Below, in pieces: positions 53,609 through 64,000 of a stretch of DNA of 64,000 nt. Numbering within the stretch: the stretch's first letter is position 1; each line of letters starts with the position of its first letter. The notes under the pieces were generated by a model, which saw only the letters and a program-made list of their open reading frames with translations, was not told the origin of the DNA and did no database searches. A program made the position numbers and the translations under genes. This DNA is from Chrysomallon squamiferum (lineage: Eukaryota; Animalia; Mollusca), in contig CM022672.1 of the NCBI GenBank assembly GCA_012295275.1, forward strand, positions 1,798,001 through 1,862,000, read 5' to 3'.

Positions 53609-53628
53609 GTTTGTGAGAGAGAGAGAGA
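53527..53628. repeat. (GT)n followed by (GA)n microsatellite
   Basis: Direct inspection. Confidence 0.96.
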
Positions 53629-54508
53629 AAGTGCATGTAGTTTGTGTTTGTAATTGTGCTAACTAGAAAGTTATATTTCCAAGAAAATAAGCTAAGTTAT
53701 TTCAGCACTAGATTTTTATCCCCAGGATCCTGATTTCAGTTGTTTGTGAAACAATAATTTAGCAAGCTGAAAGTCTTAGATATAAAAAATATTTATCTTA
53801 TTATCTGTACTGACAGACACAATAAAACCAATTAAAAATTCTTGAATTAACTAAAAAAAAGTATTTATTTTTAATAAATTAATAATAATGTGTTATTAAT
53901 ATTGTATTTGAAAAATAAAAAAATTGTTAATTCCATTTCATGATTAATTATTTTACAGCAGATTTTTTAAATTTTATTTTTCTTAAATTTTGTATAACAC
54001 ATGTTTGCATTTCTGCAGGAGAAACGCAATGTCATGCAGCAGATAAAAATGTTATTAATGCATTTACTAGCATGTCAATATAAAAAAAAAAAAAAAACAA
54101 TGAATAAAGAAAAAATTAAGTTCATTGCTGTTAGCTAAATGGGTTTATAATGTAATGATGAATGATCAAGAGTTTTTATTGTTATCTTAGTCAAAGCCTT
54201 TGAAAAGGCTGTTGGTTCAGTAGTAATGATAATATTAAATGTTTGTAGTGTTATTAACAAAGGTCTAGGTTATTGCTAGCAGTCACATATAAAGTAAATT
54301 ATCTAAAAACAGATAATATAAATATATATGCTGTGTGTGTGTGTATGTGTGTGTGTGTATGTGTGTGTGTGTGTGTGTGTGTGAGTGTGTGTATGTGTAT
54401 ATATATGTATATGTGTGTGTGTGTGTATGTAAATAATATGCATGTGCATGTGTATATGTATGTATGTGCATTATGTATGTATGTGTATGTTTTAATGTAT
54501 GTATGTAT

Positions 54509-54539
<31 letters not shown>

Positions 54540-54905
54540 AGTTTGTATGTGTGTATGTATATATATGTAACAGTGATAGTCCAGTGGTAGTAGCAGTAGT
54601 ATCAGCAGAAGTAGTAGTAGTGGTTAAGAGTAATAGCAGAATGTATACTAATAGCAGTAAAAGTAGTACTATTCATGTAATGTTGTTGTTTATTTATTTA
54701 TTTACTTACTTACTTACTTATATTACTATTAGTTCTTTGAACTATCAACAGCAAACATTTTGATGAATGTTGCACCATGTACTATTGTTCAACTTTTGGA
54801 GACCATTACTTGCATTATTTTGTTATCCTGACTGTTCACAGTATTAAATTTTGAAGGCTGACCTCAAATATAAAGTGCACGTTAAATATTAATCAGTTGT
54901 CAGGA

Positions 54906-54939
<34 letters not shown>

Positions 54940-56822
54940 GTTATTATAAACCAAGGTTGATGTGTCAGTTGTCAAAATGATACCACTGTTAACCAAAAAA
55001 AAAAAAAAAAAAAAATTTTTAATTTTATTTTAATATTGACTAAACAGAAAAAGAAAAGATTTTTCACTATTCAATATCAATATCTGCTAATCAGGTTTCA
55101 AATGATTTAGCAGCAGTTGCTAATGACAGTTTTGAATTAAAACAAAAACACTCCTGTGATTCTGAAGCACCCAGGTAGGCCTGTAAAAGCTGACGACTGT
55201 TTGTAAGTAATTTGAGTTAAGTATGATATTAACTCCACACAGAAATAAATGTGTCTGCGATGTGCATGCTTAGAAGCAATTTCATGTTAACTCAGAGGAA
55301 AATGGTAACTTGATGATACATATTCATTAATGAATAGATTTTCAACATTCAACGTAATGTGTTATAATTAGAACTGTTTTAAAATAGCAGCATAGTTACA
55401 GGTTTTGTTTTCTTTGTTACCATGTACGTCTGGTTTTGTAGATTTGTTTTGTTTTCTTGTTGTTTTTAGATTTTATTTTCAGGTTGTCTGAAAGTAAACT
55501 GAATGTGAAAAAAAAAAAAAAAAGCAACAACAATAATAACAACAAAATCATATATTGTCTACAATAACACACAGACACACATTTATATATATATATATAT
55601 ATATACATACATGCATGCATACACACATAGAGATACACAGATATAATAATAAATAAATAAAAATATTTATCAAAGCAGAGAAATATAATTTTTGAACACT
55701 GTATAAATCTTTCTGTATTTTATAAAGCACACATAAGAATACTTTCACTGTTTTCAGTGGTGGTGCAGCATACACTGTACAAAACACTCTCAGACTGAAT
55801 ATAAATTTCTCTTTCTTCGTCTTCTCTAAAGAATGTTTTATTCAATTAATCAGTCTGTTTTTCTCTTTACGGAATGTGACGGCCTGAACTGATTTCTCGG
55901 TGAATCATTAGCTTTGTTGTATCTGTCAGTTAGAACGAGGATTACAATTACCACAGATTTTACAAAACAGGGAAACAGCTTTTTATATACATACATAAGT
56001 ATACACACATACATACATATAAAATTCATACATAGACATACACACACACACATCGACACACAAATACACTCTCACACTCATGTATACATATACATACATA
56101 CATACATACATATATATATGTTATATACATACACATATCCATACAAAAAAACACACACACACTAGTGTACATACATACAAACACACATACATACAGAAGT
56201 ACTGGCTAGTGTGGGAAGTAATTCTATACATAGACCACAGAAGACAAAATCCTGTGACATCCCATATCTGAATCTAATACAGAATCATATCACATCTCAT
56301 TGATATGAATCTGTCTCAGTATAACGACAGATCATTATCTTCACTTACCTGCATTATAAAGAAGCTTAGAGGGACAAAATGATATGAAACTATCATGGTT
56401 CTACACCTTTCCCAATTAGCTCTATGTAACAGCCCAGAAGTAAGATTTCATCCCATAATGTTTAACACAGTGGCCCAGAGGCAGGTTGAAGATTAGAGAT
56501 TCTGTCAACAGTAATTAGTTTAAAACAGCTTTCTATATGGTGAACCTGTCTTATTGCATTACACCGGAAATAAACATAATTATTCTGACTCATACTGGTG
56601 TAATAAACATGTATTTTGGACATTACTAGTGACATGTGTCACTCTGATTGAAATCCTAACATAATTAATACAATTTTACTCTTTGTAAATCACATGTGCT
56701 GTGTAAGAGACTGTAGATTACAAAACCTTTTTTTTAAAGTGCTTGATGAAAATAAATGAAACTTGATTTTCACTTTATGCAAATAATGGCTGACATAAAT
56801 ACACACCCATGCACATATGATG

Positions 56823-56833
56823 TACTCATACTC

Positions 56834-56870
<37 letters not shown>

Positions 56871-56881
56871 TACACATACTC

Positions 56882-56936
<55 letters not shown>

Positions 56937-56982
56937 TACTCATACTCATACACATACACATACACATACACATTCACATACA
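56823..56982. repeat. (TACACA)n hexanucleotide repeat with TACTCA variants
   Basis: Direct inspection, about 26 units. Confidence 0.95.
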
Positions 56983-57769
56983 TTATATATTCTCAGTTGG
57001 TTTGGAACATATATCAATCATACTGCTGAATGTAAAAAATCATATTTTTATTTCTACTGTTCTCAAATAGTTAAATAATTAAACAAATCGATTAAACTTT
57101 CTAATTACACAGTCGTAACACTTCATAATAAACTCTACTGAACAAACTATCTGGCACTGCCTGCACTGACACTGTTCCAAATTTCAGAGAGAAATTAGCC
57201 CTGGTATTCTAACCTGGAAGAACAAAGAAACCAATCAAACAGGCTGTCTGGACAAACAAGTGTCTATAAATAATGCTAATGTCCACACCAGACTGGACAG
57301 TAACTGGTCTGGTCTGTAACTAATGGGATCTCCAGGACTAACAGTATTGATTGTCCACCAAATATAGCATCAGATGCCCTTGTTGGTTATGTACTTATGC
57401 TTGTCACCTCTGTAATGAGTGTAAAGAGTCTGGCTTTTTGCCTGTCCTGTTTTTGATGAGAGGCAGATAGATACACTGCAGAATGTCAGTCAGACTGCTT
57501 GCTTCCAGCTTTTTACATCTTATGGACATTAGGAAGTTTTTGGTGGGAGACAGATAAAATGTTAGACTGTCTGATGCAAATATGAGTTCATTTTTAGATC
57601 TCTAGGAAACTATGTAGGTGTAGCAAAAGCATTGCATGGGGTGTTTAATTGAGGATGTTAAGGAGTTTCATTAACCTGTTGTATTGAATGAAGCTAATGA
57701 TGTATGGCTGAAATCCATAATTATTTTAGAACTTCATATTTCCATAGCTTTGACAGATAGGACACTGAA

Positions 57770-58015
57770 AATGGCAGCATTATAACCATCTCTATGTCAG
57801 TATGTTTGAAATATTTCAAATTCGTGAACACAGCAGTATAACTAACTTTACATCAAGATATTCTGAAATCTTTTTAAGTCTTTGCATCATGAATATCTGA
57901 TTTGACAAGAACATAACATCATTATCTTTAGAAATTTTCAACAGTCTTTGCAAAATGAACATTCAATTTGACAGCAATATAACCAACTTTTCATGAAAAT
58001 CTTTGAACAGCCTTA
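57770..58015. repeat. Strongly decayed tandem array, about 65-75 bp unit
   Basis: Recurring (ttgac)agcaRtataac...gaaat.ttt..agtctttgca..atgaa blocks near 57775, 57832, 57902 and 57968. Confidence 0.6.
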
Positions 58016-58385
58016 CACAAAAGACACAGGCTCAATTCATTAATCTAGGGCTCTTGACTTTTAACTTTAAAAGTGACCACACAGTTCCCAGACTGTAGCA
58101 TGTGAAATGAATGCTTCCTGTGAAAAGCATCTGCATAATTGGTGACAATGTGTTGGATTGGTGTCACTCGAAAAGAGGGCAAACCTTGTTACAGTTTTCC
58201 AAATAAAACAAACAGCAGCAACATGATCTGATCACAGTTGTTTAAATTTGAAATTGTAAAAAGAATTCATGTGTGTAAATAAGTGAACACTTAGAAGTTT
58301 AAATACAGGACATGATACACATGTATTCTTTCTTCTGCACATGTTTGAAGAGACTTCTAAACTGCACATGTTTGCACACAAAGCA

Positions 58386-58386
<1 letters not shown>

Positions 58387-58476
<90 letters not shown>
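58387..58476. repeat. (CA)n microsatellite, about 45 units
   Basis: Direct inspection. Confidence 0.98.
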
Positions 58477-58477
<1 letters not shown>

Positions 58478-59622
58478 TGTTAGGTACAGAGAGATTTGAA
58501 GATGTTTATGACAAAGAAGATTCCTGAATATGCCATAAACACTATTAAATTTAAAAAAAAAAGGAAAAATCATCCTCATTTTCAACAGTTATGGGATCTT
58601 CTAAGAATTGAGAACAAAACTGGACATCAAAAGAAAAAAAAAAAAACTCAGCTTAAACAGAATTTGAATTTGTAACAGAGAAATGAAACTTTCTAGACAA
58701 CTCAGAAAAACTTTATTTTGTCTTTTGCTCAAGAGGGAATCCTTATCATGTCTACAGTCAATAATTAAATTAATGCAGCAGAAACTGCTACATTATCTAG
58801 AATTTTTACTGTTCTCCACAGGACAGCCTTAATTCTTCCAAAAATAAGTAAAGATGAATTGTGTTCAAAATATGTACATGTTTGTCAATTAGTGTTCCAG
58901 ATAAAAGTATTTGAAGATTTATGGTTTTTCCAGAACCTTTGATGATGAATAATGGAGCACTGGCTAGAATTGTAAAAAAAAAAAAATATGCATGTAAAAG
59001 AAACTCAGTTTAGTATGTAGCAATGGTGATAGAATGAAGAGCAGCTAAAAAGTCAACTTGTAAAAGAAGTATATCTTAGGAAGGAGCGACAGTAATAACA
59101 TTCTTCTTTTCCAAATTATAAACCATTTAGAACCAAAATCAATGTTTTGCATCAAATCAGGATGTAAAACAACAGCATATGAGACAGATTTAGAAAGACA
59201 TTCTTTTCAATACCATGAACCTAAAACAAAAGCATTATAATGAAATAACAATGACTTCAGGTTCTAATAATAAACATTAGCTTCACAAATGACAAAGCTA
59301 TCTCGAGCAAGAACACATCGGAAAAACACACAACGGTTTGTTCATGTGAATTAAGAATCAAGCTTTGAAGTGCAGCTGAAAAACGAGATGGATAAACATT
59401 GGCCAAAGTGGAATCATGTCATGGAAATGGAATGAGTTAACAGATGCATTGTCATGCTAATAAACTATAAATACCATCCCATTAAATCTCGGCTCTTTGT
59501 CATGCATCACATTTACATCTTAATTCCAACCATTAACCCACAAGGCTCAATAGCACAATAAAACATTTCAGAAATTGAGGAAAATACCTCCTACAGGTAG
59601 TTAGTTGTTGATAATGACAGAA

Positions 59623-59840
59623 AAATACTTTTTATATATAAGCATTCTAATCAAATTCATTAAAACATGTCTATAGTGGTAAAACTTTTATTTATGTCAG
59701 CATTTCAGTAATACTAATTTGAAACGTTTTTAGTTAAAACTTGTATTTATATCAGCATTTCAATGACACTAATTTCAAACATGTTTTTAGTTCTAAAACT
59801 TATATTTATATCAGCATTTCAGTGACACTAGTTTTAAACA
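59623..59840. repeat. Diverged tandem array, about 4 x 55-60 bp
   Basis: aaaactt.tatttatRtcagcatttcaRtRaYactaRttt.aaac at 59681, 59736 and 59796, with a weaker copy at about 59623. Confidence 0.88.
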
Positions 59841-60840
59841 TAACCTGAGCTTTGTAAAGTACTATTCCATGAGTACAAGAGAGAAAACACAACTGTGAGG
59901 AAGCCATTTACAAGTTGATTAAAGAATGACAAACCCTGTGTGGGCTGCAGTAATTTCTTGAGGCAAATTCCAGTCTGGTGCTGTAAACACGTTTAATGTC
60001 TGGAAACTCATGAATACACAGCAGCGACACAGATCACTTGGATAAATGGCATTTCATGAACGACAGAATGTCACGATGGGAAAATGGTCTTGCACAGAAT
60101 TGGGAGTCTTGTAAACTGTGATGTTGGAGTGTGATTTTCATAAATTTCTTCTGATTGACCTAGTAACTTACTAACCCACTCTGATTTTGTATCTAAGTTA
60201 GTAGGGATCCTAGTTTTAAGAATATAATTTAGCTTAATTTCACTTAATTAAAGATAAGAATATATAAATTCTTATTGAAAAAGTTATATATATATGTGTG
60301 TGTGTGTGTGTGTAGATACAAACACATACATGTTAGATTAAAACAGGAAAAGAATCGTGGCACAAATCACAAAGGGTTTTTAATTTAGGTGGACATTTTA
60401 AAAATATTTCTTCTTGTTTCATATACAGGTTCTGCAACGATTAAAAAATAACTGATTTAGTGATTAACTCTTACATTCAGGATGAGCTTCAGTTTTGCTC
60501 CAGTGTCAAGTTATGAAACAGCAAATCAGTGGATTTGATCCCCATTAAATAAAACATCTGTACATTTAATTTCAGTTCTGTAAGTAACTCTATTACCTAA
60601 GTGTATGTAATTTAAATACAATCCAATTGTTTCATTCAAGAAAACATCATCATCAAAATAAAAACTTCTTCCACATGCTTGCATTCAACAAAACTGAAAA
60701 TAACATCATCCACTTACAATGACTGACTACAATTTAAAATAACAATCTGTTGTTGTTGTTTTTTTCCACACATTATTAACAATCCTGCCTTCTTATTCTC
60801 TTTCTTTCTTAACACAATTCAAAATATGAGTATCAACACA

Positions 60841-60841
<1 letters not shown>

Positions 60842-60895
<54 letters not shown>

Positions 60896-60898
60896 CAC

Positions 60899-60952
<54 letters not shown>

Positions 60953-60968
60953 CACACCATACACACAC
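60842..60968. repeat. Two (CA)n tracts each ending in acaccatacac
   Basis: Direct inspection. Looks like a duplicated microsatellite-plus-tail unit. Confidence 0.93.
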
Positions 60969-61876
60969 TGATAAGTTATTAAAATTTTAATCGGCTTCAT
61001 TTCAGGTTAGCTGCACTGATGCTGCACTGAGCGAGATGCACCTCGAGGCGTGTTACAAGGAGAGTTAACAGCGGGTAATTACCTAGACCGATACATTCTG
61101 CAAGTCAGATAGCCAGTCCAACACTAATTCTTCCAATTGCTTTTCAGCGCACTGTACGTTCAAGTCTTTGGCAAATTAAAAACCAGTGTTGGTGTACATC
61201 AAATCTGCCATCTGGTGCCAGTCAATAGGATTAAATGAAAATGCTTTGGAAATGAGCTGAGTTGATTAATAGAATTTGTCGCATGCCTCTTATAGTCTTC
61301 GTTTAACTGTCCAGTGATTTAAAAAAAAAAAAAAAAAAAAAAGGCTTGTAGGAGTAGTGATAACAGAAGTAGTGGTAGCAGTTGTTGTTGTTGTATTAGT
61401 GATTGAAGTATTATTTTAGCAGAAACTGTGGAAGGATAGTAGTAATTCTATGTGCTAGTTACAGTTGCAACAGTAATTGTAATAGTAAATGTAATTGTAA
61501 TTGTAGTAACAGTTGCTGCAGTGGTGATAATAATGGCAACAACAGCAGTAGTAGTTGTTTTTATTGTTGTGTTAGCAGGTAATTATACCTGTGGTAATAG
61601 AAGTTGCTGTGGTAGTAGCAGTAACAATAGCATTAGTAATGATAGTGGTAGATTTATAGGTAACTTGGTAATAATGTTAAAGTAGAAGTTGTAGAAAGAG
61701 TGTTAGTAGATACTATAATTATAGAATATACTAGTAGTAGTAGTAGTAGTAGTAGTGTATTGGAAATAGTATAATAATAGTTACTATAGCTGCAATAGCA
61801 ATATCACCAGTTGTAGTTGTAGCTGGAGTCATCACAGTAACAGAAGTCACCAAGAACAACAAATGTGTCTGTGTCT

Positions 61877-61935
<59 letters not shown>

Positions 61936-64000
61936 TGTGTGTGTTTGACAGAACTGTCCATTAGGTCCACATTTTGCTTTAATTCTAAGATTATAACTTA
62001 AACTTATCTTATTCATTGTGTCCAATTTAGACAAACTTAAAATACCCCTGTTCAATCACCAACATAAACTCATCACACTGTAATGTACAAGGTAATTACA
62101 TGTATTTTCAAACATTAAACAACACATAGCAACCAGCACTAAGAAAACACCAGGCTTGACAGAGGCTAAACTGAAAGCTTTAGAAGTGCCAGGTTCTAAG
62201 ATCAAGTCACTGATCAAGTTTTGAAAACTAGGAAAGTATAAAATAAGTAGGTTTTTCTCTTATCATTTTCTAACATATATCATTCTTCTCCATAACTGAT
62301 TTTCTAACACACTGACACAATGTTGGACATACAATTCAGGATTCTGGAACAATTGTCCAACATAAATATGCATGAACCTTAAATATATGTAATCACCGCT
62401 TATTGCTTGGTAAGTAATATATATTAACAATTTCTTAATTCACAAAATGCGTCCCATAATTTATTTTACTCAGTATAAGCAACTTTATTGGTGGTGCAAA
62501 TGCATCAATATCAATGCAACAGTTGCTTTAATGTGCGCTAACAGTTGTTTTGAAAATATCTACATCCTTGAGAACAGAAATATGAAAATATGTTTGAATA
62601 TTTCATTGGCCTGAATCGATTAGATCAATTGTTGTTTATTTTATTTAACCCAGGTGCAACACATTTTGTTGTCTGTCACATTTTTCATGGTAATTTTATT
62701 CTTTTTATCTTGATGTGTTTTTGTTTTTCTTAAATTTTATTGCTGTTGTTTTTCTCATGCTGAGTTATTGATATTTTCCATTACTTATGTCTTTGTTCAC
62801 TGCTCGGATGTTGATACGCAGTTTATCAAAAACTCAATTTATATGAGTGCATGAATTACACACACACGCCCACACACACACACTCACACGTACACATACA
62901 TAGATAGATGCCTGTGAATGTGTATATATGTGTACAAGTGTGTGTGTTTGCATGTGTATGTGTATGAATGCATGATATACGTGTGTGTATATATACATGG
63001 ATACATTTATGACTACACACATACACAGATGTATATGTGTGTCTGTGTGTGTGTAAAATGTGTCTATGTAAGAGTGTGAGTGTATGCATGTATAGTTGGA
63101 TGAATAGATGAATATATATATGTATGTATATATATACACACACATACACACACATGCCTACATTCACACAAACACACATACATATATATACACAAACATA
63201 CACATATGCATACACAATCACAGAGAAACACACACATACAAGTATGGATGTTTTGGTGTATACGCATATATAAAATATATGTATATAAGAAAGTATGAAA
63301 AAAATATATCTGTGTCTTACAAAAATTGTTTCTTTACAAATACAGTAAATTGAAGAAGATTGAATAACTGCAGTCAAACTTCAGAATGCACCATTAATAC
63401 TAAACGAATGATGAAATCAGAAAATAACTTTCCAAGCACTGATGCAATCTTATTAAATCTAGTACTTCAGACCACTCGTACACTTCCAGATAAAATGCCG
63501 GGCAATTCTGGAATTGTAAAGTCCTTTTTTTTTCTTCTACTTCTTCCATAACCTTGTGTGGATGCAAGACCCTAATAGCACACTTTGACTGTGAGGATTT
63601 CAAATAGCATGTTTTAAAGAGCTGATTTTCTAATGGAATTCAGGCCTTAATCAATTTATACTTTTTTTTTTATTCCTTTCTTTGAAAGGAAATCACACTG
63701 ACATTTTATTAGAAGCACTGAAAAATTAAAGCAGGAAAAACAGAAGTGACAAATAAAAAGGAAAGGTATAAAACAGATGAAAAGAAAATTTAGACTAATA
63801 ATGTTCTTGGCCTTGCAAAGGTTGGCTAATTTGATTTTGATTATAATCTGATAAAATATTTTTGCGTAATATTAATTTTGATAAACAAATCTGTTTTCCA
63901 CCATAATCTGTTTACATATTTAGTTACCAAGAATTATTAGTAATATCTTTTAAACTGATTGCTGTGTTGATGAAATTAAACAGAATTCCAGAAACAGTGT

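Overview
Eukaryotic (metazoan) non-coding DNA. It is very AT-rich (about 30% GC by eye), strongly CpG-depleted and dense in microsatellites. The repeat content fits a mollusc, possibly a gastropod, but that is inference. No complete protein-coding gene, RNA gene or CRISPR array is supported. Nearly all ORFs in the supplied track are translations of microsatellites or low-complexity DNA. Well-supported elements: (1) a 213-bp Tc1/mariner-type MITE (28329-28541) with 25-bp TIRs that still carries the last 25 codons of a transposase; (2) a near-perfect 18 x 55-bp minisatellite (23683-24673) and a 5 x 58-bp minisatellite (1925-2214); (3) about a dozen other local tandem arrays at varied stages of decay; (4) many eroded copies of one tRNA-derived SINE family, including a tandem array of about 76-bp units apparently built from a SINE piece (52010-53200). 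The window looks like the interior of a very large intron or a gene desert, with 150-400 bp sequence-complex islands alternating with low-complexity spacers. Speculative leads are a well-formed recursive-splice-type junction on the minus strand (20913/20912) and two phase-compatible candidate minus-strand exons (49023-48881 and 3727-3622). I cannot demonstrate a novel system from sequence alone.
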